Shown in pieces: positions 15,582 through 24,204 of a stretch of DNA of 40,000 nt (position 1 is its first letter; each line of letters starts with the position of its first letter). The translations under genes and the position numbers were made by a program. Under the pieces are notes generated by a model. That model did not search any database. It saw nothing but the letters and a program-made list of their open reading frames with translations, and had not been told where the DNA came from. This stretch comes from Desulfovibrio sp. OttesenSCG-928-I05 (GTDB lineage: Bacteria > Desulfobacterota > Desulfovibrionia > Desulfovibrionales > Desulfovibrionaceae), in the NCBI GenBank assembly GCA_030266385.1, contig JAJDHY010000001.1, positions 1 through 40,000 of the forward strand, given 5' to 3'.

Positions 15582-17636
15582 ATGACTGACACAATTCAGC
15601 AATACGGCCTGGGCGGCGGTGCCGGGGTTTCGGAAAGGAAACCGCGCTGGTGGTATGCGGCGTTGCTGGTCGGCCTGTCCGTCTTTTCTATGGGGCTGGC
15701 GACGCAACGGGTAGCGGCCTATTTTGACTTCCATCAGGCATTGGGCAAGCCCCTGGCGGCAGGCCTCTATGCTCCGTGGGCAATCTTCGGCTGGCAAGCC
15801 CGCTTTCTGGCTCAAGATACTTATGGCTTCATGGAAACGGCGATAACGCACAGCCAAGCCCTCTTTCTGGTTCCGCAATTCCTGATTATCGGCACATGGC
15901 TTTTCTGCATGAAAAGCCTACACGGCAATGAGCAGCTTCACGGTTCGGCGCGGTGGGCCACGGAGCCGGAAATCCGGCTCATGGGCTACTTTGAGGGGGC
16001 CGGGGTTTACATTGGCGGCTATATGCGAAAACTCGCCGGGGCCGCGCTTCTGCGGGCTTCTCTTTTGGGGAAGCCCAAAGAAAGGCAAATGTACTTGCGG
16101 CACAATGGGCCGGAACATCTGCTTGTGTTCGCGCCGACACGAAGCGGCAAGGGCGTGGGGTTGATTCTGCCGACGCTCCTTGCCTGGGAAGGCTCGGCCC
16201 TGGTGCTGGACATCAAGGGTGAGAACTGGGCTTTGACTGCCGGATTCCGGCGCTCGATGGGACAAAAGGTGCTGCGCTTTGACCCTTCGGACTCGTCCGG
16301 GGCATCGGCCTGTTTCAACCCCCTGGAAGAAATACGCCTTGATTCCCTCTTGGCTATTCCTGATGCGCAAAATATCGCCTCAATGCTGGTAGACCCCGAA
16401 GGCAAAGGGCTTGACGATCACTGGTCAAAAGCCGGTTTCGCCATGCTTGGCGGCTCTCTCCTGCATTGCTGCATTATGACGATGGCGAAAGAGAAGCGGG
16501 CGGCAACGCTCTATGACCTTTCGTGCATGTTGGCGGACGAAAACCGCACCATTGAAGAGTTGTTCAATGAAATGGTTGCGGCTCCCCATGCGGCACTGCT
16601 GCAAGAGATATTCCCGCAAAGCGATACTACGGAATACGGCGCGAAAGCCCATACCTTCATTGCGTCGTCGGCGCGGGAGATGTTGAACAAAGCCGAAAAC
16701 GAGGCAAGCGGCGTCATAAGCACGGTTCTGGTCAATCTGGCCCTGTACCGCGATCCGGTGGTAGCCCTGAATACGTCCAGGTGCGATTTCAGGATTCACG
16801 ACCTGATGAACCATGACGCGCCGGTAAACCTGTATCTGGTCATATCCCCCGCCGACATTGATCGGGTGCGGCCTCTGATCCGCCTGATGGTGGACATGAT
16901 TGTGCGCCGCACCTGCGCGAAAATGGAGTTTGCGGACGGTTCCAGCGTCAAGTCATACAAGCACAGGCTTTTGCTGCTGCTCGACGAGTTTACGAGCCTC
17001 GGCAAGCTCCCGATCATGGAAAAGGCTCTTGCGTATATCGCTGGCTACGGCGGCAAGGTCTATATCATCGTTCAGGACATTACCCAACTCAACGGCGTCT
17101 ACGGACGGGAAAACGCCCTGATGGCAAACTGCCATATCAGGCTGGCTTATGCGCCGAACACCGTAGACACTGCGAATACCCTGTCGGAAATGACCGGCAA
17201 AACAACGGTTGTAGACAAGAAGGTATCGCTTTCCGGCTCCCGGTCGGGGCACATGAAAAACGCTTCTGTCAGCATCAATGAAACTGCGCGGCCCTTACTG
17301 ACGCCTGACGAATGTATGCGCCTTCCTGGGCCGGTCAAAGACGGCCTGGGCCGGGTGGTAAAGCCGGGTGACATGCTCATTTTCACCGCTGGCAAGCCGC
17401 CCATTTACGGAAGGCAGATATTGTACTTCCTCGATCCGGTCTTCTCGGCACGGTCAAAAATCCGCGCTCCGGGTCTGACTACGGAATATCCAAGCGGGGT
17501 TTCCGATTCCCTGCATTTCACGATGCCGGTGATCCGTCAGGCTACGGCAAGCCAGACTGCCGCGCCCGTGGGCGGCATGGCGGCTGATCCGGCTCCCGAA
17601 AAACAAGAAGGCGGCTCTTATGAATACTTTCAATAA
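15582..17636 (+). CDS. traG: TraG/VirD4 type IV coupling protein
   Basis: Two N-terminal TM helices, Walker A APTRSGKGVG and Walker B LLLLDEF. ATG at 15582 follows GGGGG. Confidence 0.95.
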   Translation: MTDTIQQYGLGGGAGVSERKPRWWYAALLVGLSVFSMGLATQRVAAYFDFHQALGKPLAAGLYAPWAIFGWQARFLAQDTYGFMETAITHSQALFLVPQFLIIGTWLFCMKSLHGNEQLHGSARWATEPEIRLMGYFEGAGVYIGGYMRKLAGAALLRASLLGKPKERQMYLRHNGPEHLLVFAPTRSGKGVGLILPTLLAWEGSALVLDIKGENWALTAGFRRSMGQKVLRFDPSDSSGASACFNPLEEIRLDSLLAIPDAQNIASMLVDPEGKGLDDHWSKAGFAMLGGSLLHCCIMTMAKEKRAATLYDLSCMLADENRTIEELFNEMVAAPHAALLQEIFPQSDTTEYGAKAHTFIASSAREMLNKAENEASGVISTVLVNLALYRDPVVALNTSRCDFRIHDLMNHDAPVNLYLVISPADIDRVRPLIRLMVDMIVRRTCAKMEFADGSSVKSYKHRLLLLLDEFTSLGKLPIMEKALAYIAGYGGKVYIIVQDITQLNGVYGRENALMANCHIRLAYAPNTVDTANTLSEMTGKTTVVDKKVSLSGSRSGHMKNASVSINETARPLLTPDECMRLPGPVKDGLGRVVKPGDMLIFTAGKPPIYGRQILYFLDPVFSARSKIRAPGLTTEYPSGVSDSLHFTMPVIRQATASQTAAPVGGMAADPAPEKQEGGSYEYFQ

Positions 17637-18279
17637 GGGCGTCGTTCTTAGCTGCTTTGACTACACCGGCAACATGGCCCGCCCTTGGGCCGATGCCGGG
17701 TACGTCTGTTATTGCGTCGATTTGCGGCATGAGGCTGGCGAGAGGCGCAAAGGCAATATTGTGTACGTTGGCGCGGATATGCTTGATTGGCTTCCCCCCA
17801 ACGCCCCGGTTGCCTTTGCGGCCTTTTTCCCGCCATGCACTCACATTGCCGCAAGCGGGGCGCGGTGGTTCAAAGACAAGGGTTTGGGCGGTCTGGTGGA
17901 ATCCCTGCGGCTTTTCCTGGCTGCGGTGCGCCTGGCGGAATGGTCGTGTGCGCCGTATCTGATCGAAAACCCCGTTTCAATGGTTTCAACATACTGGCGC
18001 AAGCCTGATTACACCTTCAACCCCTGCGATTATGCCGGATACCTTGGGGGCAAACACGATCTTTATACCAAAAAGACGTGCCTTTGGGTCGGCGGCGGCT
18101 TTGTTATGCCGAAGCCGAAACCGCTTGCGCCGGTACAGGGTAGTAAAATACGCAACCTCCCCGACTCGGCGGGGAGAGCCGATTTGCGAAGCGAAACCCC
18201 AAAGGGTTTTGCGCAAGCGGTCTTTGAAGCGAACCGGACAGACAAGGAAAAGGGCGGCGAACATGAAAATCATGCGTAG
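17620..18279 (+). CDS. Minimal C5-cytosine-methyltransferase-like protein (219 aa, no target-recognition domain)
   Basis: Candidate motifs: motif I FDYTG, motif IV FPPC, motif VI ENP, motif X-like TPKGFAQAVF. Overlaps the traG stop by 17 nt and the traF start by 17 nt. Confidence 0.65.
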   Translation: MNTFNKGVVLSCFDYTGNMARPWADAGYVCYCVDLRHEAGERRKGNIVYVGADMLDWLPPNAPVAFAAFFPPCTHIAASGARWFKDKGLGGLVESLRLFLAAVRLAEWSCAPYLIENPVSMVSTYWRKPDYTFNPCDYAGYLGGKHDLYTKKTCLWVGGGFVMPKPKPLAPVQGSKIRNLPDSAGRADLRSETPKGFAQAVFEANRTDKEKGGEHENHA

Positions 18280-18979
18280 CTGTCTCTTCCTGCTGCTTTT
18301 CGCCTTTTTCGCGCTCTCCGGTCTGTGGCTGGCGGGCCTTCGCGTCAACGTGACGGCCTCCCTGCCTTTGGGCCTCTATCGCCTCTGCCCGGGCACTCCG
18401 GGCAAGGGCGATTATGTGAGTTTTTGCCTTGAAGGCGAATACGCGCAACTGGCCCTTGAACGCGGCTATGTCGCTTCCGGCTCCTGTCCTTCGGGGCTGC
18501 GTCCGCTGCTGAAGCAAGTCGCCGGTCTGCACGGTGATGTGGCCGGTGACGTGATGGACGCTGCGGGCCTTCATGCCCTGGAAGCGGATTCCCTGCACCG
18601 GCCTTTGGCCTCGGCCCTTCGTGACGGGCGCATACCTCCGGGCATGGCCCTTGTGCTGTCTCCCCACGGCGGCAGTTTCGACGGGCGGTATTTCGGCCTT
18701 GTTCCCGTTGCCTCGCTGCAACGGGTCGAGCCGGTTCTTGTGTTTCACCATTCAGCAAAGGGGGAAATTCCCATGCGTACAGATAAAAACTTGGAAGCTG
18801 CGGCCCTTGCCGTGATGGAGCAGTTGGGCGCGAACCCGACACTGGCGATTCCGGTGGATGAAGACGTGGCCGCATATATGGGCCTTTCGGAAGAAAAGGC
18901 CGTTTCAGCGGAAGATTTTGCAGAAGACGGGCTTTTGACCTTCGGGCCTGGCGGGGCGGTGTATGATGGGGAAGAGTAA
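18263..18979 (+). CDS. traF: TraF, S26-type pilin-maturation peptidase, with an acidic C-terminal extension
   Basis: NVTASLPLGLY, KQVAGLHGD and SFDGRYFG match the RP4 TraF pattern. An extra ~70 aa follow the peptidase core. Confidence 0.85.
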   Translation: MKIMRSCLFLLLFAFFALSGLWLAGLRVNVTASLPLGLYRLCPGTPGKGDYVSFCLEGEYAQLALERGYVASGSCPSGLRPLLKQVAGLHGDVAGDVMDAAGLHALEADSLHRPLASALRDGRIPPGMALVLSPHGGSFDGRYFGLVPVASLQRVEPVLVFHHSAKGEIPMRTDKNLEAAALAVMEQLGANPTLAIPVDEDVAAYMGLSEEKAVSAEDFAEDGLLTFGPGGAVYDGEE

Positions 18980-19163
18980 ACGCAACAATCATGCGCGGCC
19001 CATGAAGCACCCGCCGCGATCCGCGTCTGCGGCCCGTCGCATGGCGCGGCGTTTGATTCCCGTCCTGGTCGATGAACAGCAAGCCGTATCCGTGACAGAT
19101 CTGGTGGAAAATCGAATTCTCACAGTAAACGGCAAAGGAGAAGTAATGTATGCAGGGGAATAA
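18963..19163 (+). CDS. Possible small basic protein (66 aa) bridging traF and ardC
   Basis: Overlaps both neighbours. No motif. Coding status uncertain. Confidence 0.25.
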   Translation: MMGKSKRNNHARPMKHPPRSASAARRMARRLIPVLVDEQQAVSVTDLVENRILTVNGKGEVMYAGE

Positions 19164-20547
19164 CAACACATTTGCGTTTCACAAAGATTTGACCGCCACA
19201 ATGCGCGAAGGCTTACGCGGAAGCGGCTTGCCCTTCCAGCGCGAGACAACCGGGCAGTTGCCATATAACCAAGTCACCGGGACGCAATACAACGTCCAGA
19301 ACCTTATCCCGCTTGCCATCGCGGCGGAAAAGGCCGCAAAGGAACAGGGGATACCCGCGAAAGACGCTGATATGCGCTTTATGACGCTGAAACAGGCCAA
19401 TTCGCAAGGCTTGTCCGTCATGCAAGGGGCGAAGGCGACGAAGATAGCCTTCCTTACATGGACGGACAAAGAGCCTGTCTTGGGCCAGAACGGCGAACCG
19501 GAAGTAAGCGAAGACGGCAAACAGAAAATGCAGGCCGTACAACTGGACAAGCCGATATTAAGGGCCGGTAATCTCTTTCATGCCTGGGATATCAAGGGCA
19601 ACGGCTTGCAATACGGGCGCGGAAAGAGCGCGGAAGAAAACGAAGCCGCGCTTGACCGGGCGGAGGCCTTGATAAAGGCATCCGGGGCCGTCATTGTCCA
19701 TGATCCCAAGGTCAAGGAAGCGTTCTATGACCGCTTCAAAGATCGGATCAACATGCCGCCTGTTGATTCCTTTCCTTCGCGTGAAGCTCTGATAGGCGAG
19801 ACAGTGAACCAGCTTGCGCACTGGACGGGCCATGAATCCAGGCTTGACCGGCAAAGCGGCCCTAACGGTTCGTCATACCGGAGCCGGGAAGAACTGACTA
19901 CCGGCTTGGGGGCTTGGGCCGTCCTGAACTCCTTGGGCGTTACCGGCGCGACGTTTGACAGCCGCAACCGGCATGTGCCGGGAATGGATAAGCTGCTTGA
20001 AGGCAGTCAGTATGAGGCAATGCGCTGCTGCAAGGCCGCTGACCAGATACGCGATCACCTGATGGGTCTGGAGCGGAAAAAAGACATTACGGCGGAAGTT
20101 TCGCAGGAAGCGGAACTTGAAGCCGGTTCAAGGACTGTTACCGAAGGCAAGCCTACGCATGAAATGCCGAGTATGCAGGTTATGACGCCGGAACAGGAGT
20201 TAGCCAAGGCCATACAGGACGCGGGCCTGGAATTGGGCGGCAAACCTGTAATCTGGACGGGCGAAACGGTTGTGCTGGAAAAAGGCAAGGGCACGTATTC
20301 CGCAACGAAAGACGTAATACCGGAAGCGACAATACGGAACCATGAAACCGGCATAAGGGTAAGTTGGGTGGCGTCGGGGCACAAGCTCACAACGGAAGCC
20401 GTCAAAATGCAGGAGAAAAAGACGCAAACCGTTCGTAAGGAACGCCAGACAAAGCGCGAACAGGCGAAAGCGGCGGAAAAGAGCCTTGAAGCCAAAATGC
20501 CGCCTCCCGCCAAAAGCAAAGGCCAGTCCAGGGGGTTAGGCTTATGA
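19150..20547 (+). CDS. ardC: ArdC-like antirestriction protein with a degenerate metalloprotease motif
   Basis: The N-terminal ssDNA-binding pattern is present (LPYNQVTGTQYNVQNL ... MTLKQANSQGLSVMQGAK). The central ...NQLAHWTGHESRLDR sits where ArdC has HExxHWTGH. SD AAGGAGAA. Confidence 0.8.
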   Translation: MQGNNNTFAFHKDLTATMREGLRGSGLPFQRETTGQLPYNQVTGTQYNVQNLIPLAIAAEKAAKEQGIPAKDADMRFMTLKQANSQGLSVMQGAKATKIAFLTWTDKEPVLGQNGEPEVSEDGKQKMQAVQLDKPILRAGNLFHAWDIKGNGLQYGRGKSAEENEAALDRAEALIKASGAVIVHDPKVKEAFYDRFKDRINMPPVDSFPSREALIGETVNQLAHWTGHESRLDRQSGPNGSSYRSREELTTGLGAWAVLNSLGVTGATFDSRNRHVPGMDKLLEGSQYEAMRCCKAADQIRDHLMGLERKKDITAEVSQEAELEAGSRTVTEGKPTHEMPSMQVMTPEQELAKAIQDAGLELGGKPVIWTGETVVLEKGKGTYSATKDVIPEATIRNHETGIRVSWVASGHKLTTEAVKMQEKKTQTVRKERQTKREQAKAAEKSLEAKMPPPAKSKGQSRGLGL

Positions 20548-20567
20548 ATTTGCTGACGGCAAAGGGA

Positions 20568-20628
20568 TTTGAAACGGGAAAACTACTGACTTCCACGCGA
20601 GGCAACCGCAAAATAAGGAAGTCAGGCC
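20568..20628 (+). promoter_or_regulatory. Conserved leader element, copy 2, with an SD-sequestering hairpin upstream of the topoisomerase gene
   Basis: CTGACTTCC (20586-20594) is the exact complement of GGAAGTCAG (20617-20625), which overlaps SD AAGGAAG. The ATG is at 20629. Confidence 0.5.
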
Positions 20629-22425
20629 ATGAAGTTATTGATCGTAGAATCCAAGGGCAAAATTGAGAAACTGCAAAGCATCCTGGGGCCGGAATGGAAA
20701 GTTGCCGCTTGTTTCGGTCATGTGCGCGATCTGCCTCCCAAAGCCCTCGGTTTTTCGGACTCCGATTTTGAACCGTATTACGAGGAAACCGAACGGGGCG
20801 CGGGCATCATCGGGCGGCTGAAAACCTTGGTCAAGTCGGCTTCGGAAGTCTACCTTGCTTCTGACCCTGACCGCGAAGGCGAAGCTATCGCGTGGCATTT
20901 GTGGCAATGCCTCAAGCTCAAGGATTACAAACGCATTACTTTTGCGGAAATTACCGAATCTGCCGTAAAGGCCGCTATTGCCGCTCCGCGCAAGATCGAC
21001 ATGGGCCAGGTTGATGCCCAAAAGGCGCGGCGGGTGCTTGACCGGGCCTACGGCTGGCTGACTTCCGGCCCGCTGTCCAGAGCTTGCGGCTGCAAATCCG
21101 CCGGAAGGGTGCAGACTCCGGGCGTCTGCCTGATTGTCGAGCGGGAACGGGAAAGAACGGCCTTCACCACAACCACGCATTACGGCGTGGAATTGAGCTT
21201 TGAAGCAGTGGATAATGTGGCGGACGGCTGGAAAGCCCAATGGATAAGCAAGGATTGGATACCGGACGGGCAAGAGTACTTTCTTGACAAGGACGTGGCC
21301 GCGAAGGTGGAAGCCCTGCGCACCTTGGAAGTTCTGGACTGCCCGCAATCCGAATCTCGCAAGGCTCCCCCGGCTCCCTTCTCCACGTCGGTATTGCAGC
21401 AGACGGCGAAAAAGGCGCTCGGCTTCGCTCCGAAAAAAACAATGGAGCTTGCCCAAGGTTTGTATGAGTCCGGGGCCATCACATATATGAGAACGGATAG
21501 CGTCAACCTCTCGGCGGAAGCGCAAGAATCCATTCGCCGGTTCTGCATAGATCGTCAGTGGCCAGTGGTGGCCACGCCGCGAACCTGGAAGGCGAAAGGC
21601 AACGCGCAAGAGGCGCATGAGTGTGTGCGTCCCACGCATATTGAAGTTGAAAACGCCGGGGAAACAGAAGATCACAAGAAGCTGTACGCGCTGATCCGGC
21701 TGCGCACCCTGGCGACGCAACTTGAAGATACCGTGTACGCAGTCACGGTTCTGAAACTCGGCGCTGATGTGGGCGGCAAAGAAGCCCTTTTTGAAGCAAG
21801 GGGCCGGTCAATCGTTTCCCCCGGCTGGCGGGTGGTCTATGAAGACTCCGGGGCGGTGGCCGATGCTGACGACGCCGAAGGCGGCGGGCAAGAACCGGCT
21901 TTGCCGGTTCCGGCAATGAAGGTCGGCACAAAGGCAACCGCCGTTGCCGGTCGGCTACTGACAAAAAACACCAAGCCTGCGTCGCGGTATGACGAAGCAA
22001 GCCTTGTGCGGGAACTGGAAAAGCGGGGCATAGGCCGTCCGTCCACCTACGTTTCAATCATCGAAACGATAAAGAACCGGGGCTATGTCACGCTTGAAAA
22101 GGATCAGTTTGTCCCTACCCCCTTGGGAAGCACGCTCTATGACGCCGTAAAGGGGCGTTTCGGCTTTGTGGAGTACGAAACGACACAAAACCTTGAAAGC
22201 GCCCTGGACGGCATTGTGGAAGGAAAAACTTCATACAACGCTGTGGTGGCTCCCGCCTATTCCGCCCTGGCGGCGGAAGTCGGCGCTTTTGAGAAGGCGA
22301 CGGGCAAGGTATGCCCGGATTGCGGCAAGGCCATGCGTCATATTGTGAAGCCCGCCAAAGGCAAATACAAAGGTTGCGATTTTTGGGGCTGCTCCGGGTA
22401 TCCTGATTGTAAACACACCATGTAA
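20629..22425 (+). CDS. Type IA DNA topoisomerase with a C-terminal zinc ribbon
   Basis: TOPRIM N-terminus (LLIVESKGK...GHVRDL), active-site ITYMRTDS, and C-terminal CPDCGK...CSGYPDCKH. Confidence 0.95.
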   Translation: MKLLIVESKGKIEKLQSILGPEWKVAACFGHVRDLPPKALGFSDSDFEPYYEETERGAGIIGRLKTLVKSASEVYLASDPDREGEAIAWHLWQCLKLKDYKRITFAEITESAVKAAIAAPRKIDMGQVDAQKARRVLDRAYGWLTSGPLSRACGCKSAGRVQTPGVCLIVERERERTAFTTTTHYGVELSFEAVDNVADGWKAQWISKDWIPDGQEYFLDKDVAAKVEALRTLEVLDCPQSESRKAPPAPFSTSVLQQTAKKALGFAPKKTMELAQGLYESGAITYMRTDSVNLSAEAQESIRRFCIDRQWPVVATPRTWKAKGNAQEAHECVRPTHIEVENAGETEDHKKLYALIRLRTLATQLEDTVYAVTVLKLGADVGGKEALFEARGRSIVSPGWRVVYEDSGAVADADDAEGGGQEPALPVPAMKVGTKATAVAGRLLTKNTKPASRYDEASLVRELEKRGIGRPSTYVSIIETIKNRGYVTLEKDQFVPTPLGSTLYDAVKGRFGFVEYETTQNLESALDGIVEGKTSYNAVVAPAYSALAAEVGAFEKATGKVCPDCGKAMRHIVKPAKGKYKGCDFWGCSGYPDCKHTM

Positions 22426-22443
22426 TAAGGCGCGATAGAACAG

Positions 22444-22480
22444 AAGAGTCCTGCTGCCGGGAACGGTAGCAGGACTCTTC
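22444..22480. terminator. Bidirectional terminator between the convergent topoisomerase and ardA genes
   Basis: Perfect 13-bp stem GAAGAGTCCTGCT / AGCAGGACTCTTC with an 11-nt loop and T-rich flanks. Confidence 0.6.
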
Positions 22481-22494
22481 ATTGTATGTCTTTT

Positions 22495-23103
22495 TTAATC
22501 TCTGAATATCGCGTAGCCGTTGCTGATTCTTGCGGAAGAATACCCGTCTATGAACAAATCACGGGCAAAGGCTTCATAATCGAAATACCGTGTCAGAAAA
22601 TCCGGCGCGTCATGCGGGATCATTTCGTCCGCCAGTTCGTAGGCGTAATCAAGCTCGCTGTCGTATATTCCGCAAAAGGCATCTTCAAATTCGGAAACGC
22701 AAGATGCTATGTCGTTGGACGAAAAAAGGCCGTAGTAGGCTGCGAAGGCTTCGCCGTGTTCTTCCAGGGCTTCCGCCAGTTCGCAAACATGGTCAAAACT
22801 GGCCCATTCGGAAATGTCGATGCCGTCAAAGCCGGAATAATCGTGTATGGCCCATTCTTCGGCCTTATCGCCGTACTTCTTCGCATAGGGGCTGGCGGCA
22901 AGCATATGATGGACTTCGCACCATACATGATCGACGCCGTAACAACAGGAAATCCAGCAACCGTGAAGGATTCCGCCGTTATAGTCTGAAAGGCTGGCTA
23001 CATATATTGACGGTTCATCCAGGTTTACGGCCTTCCCCTGGCTGTCACGGTTGCTGATGATGGGAAGGGGGCAATCCATAATAAGGTCGGTAGCTGCGCT
23101 CAT
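22495..23103 (-). CDS. ardA: ArdA antirestriction protein
   Basis: 202 aa starting at MSAATD (ATG 23103, SD AAGGAG). The IYVASLSDYNGGILHGCWI pattern and acidic composition are typical of ArdA. Confidence 0.9.
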   Translation of the reverse strand: MSAATDLIMDCPLPIISNRDSQGKAVNLDEPSIYVASLSDYNGGILHGCWISCCYGVDHVWCEVHHMLAASPYAKKYGDKAEEWAIHDYSGFDGIDISEWASFDHVCELAEALEEHGEAFAAYYGLFSSNDIASCVSEFEDAFCGIYDSELDYAYELADEMIPHDAPDFLTRYFDYEAFARDLFIDGYSSARISNGYAIFRD

Positions 23104-23141
23104 GTTCTTCTCTCCTTGGTGGTTTCCGCTATCTCCCCCCA

Positions 23142-23209
23142 ACATTTTCCCTGGCGGGTGGGGGTGCGTTCGCTTTTCACGACGCACCCCCGCACGGCGG
23201 GGAAAATGT
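23142..23209. promoter_or_regulatory. Long imperfect hairpin 39 nt upstream of ardA (possible ssDNA-promoter-like structure)
   Basis: The arms are ACATTTTCCCTGGCGGGTGGGGGTGCGT and ACGCACCCCCGCACGGCGGGGAAAATGT. 24 of 28 positions pair, the mismatches cluster centrally, and the loop is 12 nt. Confidence 0.35.
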
Positions 23210-23477
23210 GTACTCATCGGCCTGTGGGCCATACCGACAAGCCTTTGACCGCGCTTGCGCGTGTGGCCGCATGGACTCCGTGAAGAAGGGAATGGATTGT
23301 GACAACCGGAAGGAGAGAGGCCGAAGGGCGCGGAAGCGCCAGAGCGAAGCGGCGAAGCTGCACAAGCCCGTAGGCCGAACGTATGAGGATTGGCGCAATC
23401 CATGCGCCTTTGGCGCACCGCCGTAACGGAATACTTGCGGCCCCGTTTGTGGTTTGGTGTTCGGAAGTCAGGAAGTC

Positions 23478-23501
23478 TTTTGTGGCAGATTTGCCACAAA
23501 A
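23478..23501. promoter_or_regulatory. Perfect 10-bp palindrome (putative operator)
   Basis: TTTTGTGGCA gatt TGCCACAAAA, 42 nt upstream of the ATG at 23543. Confidence 0.4.
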
Positions 23502-23542
23502 ATTAGGTGGACAGTTCTTATTGCGTGTGTCTAATCAGAGGT

Positions 23543-23785
23543 ATGAAAAAAGAGCAAATTACCCCTGTGGTCAGGTCTGGCGCGGCTTTTGGCTATGAAA
23601 CAGGCTTTAGCCAAGCCGTAAGCTATTTCAGGGAAACCGCCGCCAAGCTGGACGGTGATCCTGAGATGAAGACATTGGCCCTGTCTGTCGTTGCGTCTAT
23701 TGAAGAATTTGGGCGGGCGGACAAAGTAAAATTTGTCAATTCATTGGAATTTGAAATATCTGGCGATTTCGTAATTTTTTCGTAG
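23543..23785 (+). CDS. Hypothetical protein (80 aa)
   Basis: ATG at 23543 follows GAGG. No recognisable motif. Lies between ardA and higA. Confidence 0.5.
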   Translation: MKKEQITPVVRSGAAFGYETGFSQAVSYFRETAAKLDGDPEMKTLALSVVASIEEFGRADKVKFVNSLEFEISGDFVIFS

Positions 23786-23866
23786 ACCGAGAGACGCGGG
23801 CCTTGCAAGTGACACCGGAGCGGGGAAGTGCCGCACTGCAAGGGCCGTGACGCCTCAATCTGCGGT

Positions 23867-24193
23867 CTATACTCTGACGGCATCAAGCCCCTTGTGCTTG
23901 ACGATGGACAGCAGGCGTAAGGCTGGCCCTCCCGGCTTCTTTACGCCCCGCTCCCAATCCGAAACGAGATTTTTAGAAACATTCAGATACCGCGCAAAGA
24001 CAGGCTGTGACAATTTTTCCTTTTCACGAATGGCCCGTATTTCATCCGGCGTTATGGTTTCCACCGGGGCAAGGCAGGATTCGTCAAATTCCCGCATGGT
24101 CGTTTTGTCAATAGCACCTTGGGCGTGAAGTGCTTCGGCGGTTTCATGGATAGCGGCAAAGACTTCGCTCTTATAACTTTTTGTCATGGTCAT
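23867..24193 (-). CDS. higA: HTH (XRE-type) antitoxin, HigA-like
   Basis: C-terminal HTH LSQPVFARYLNVSKNLVSDWERG. SD AAGGAGG before ATGACCATG. Lies downstream of the toxin gene. Confidence 0.85.
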   Translation of the reverse strand: MTMTKSYKSEVFAAIHETAEALHAQGAIDKTTMREFDESCLAPVETITPDEIRAIREKEKLSQPVFARYLNVSKNLVSDWERGVKKPGGPALRLLSIVKHKGLDAVRV

Positions 24194-24204
24194 GCCCTCC
24201 TTCA

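Noticed and set aside
23104-23499. 132-codon N-terminal extension of the ardA ORF (the 334-aa version)
   Set aside because: ArdA homology begins at MSAATD, which has a perfect SD. The extension is Arg/Pro/His-rich and covers the structured non-coding region.
23798-23846. Imperfect inverted repeat (GGGCCTTGCAAGTG ... CACTGCAAGGGCC) between the 80-aa gene and higA, considered as a terminator
   Set aside because: The loop is 22 nt, the stem has a bulge and a mismatch, and no T-run follows on either strand.
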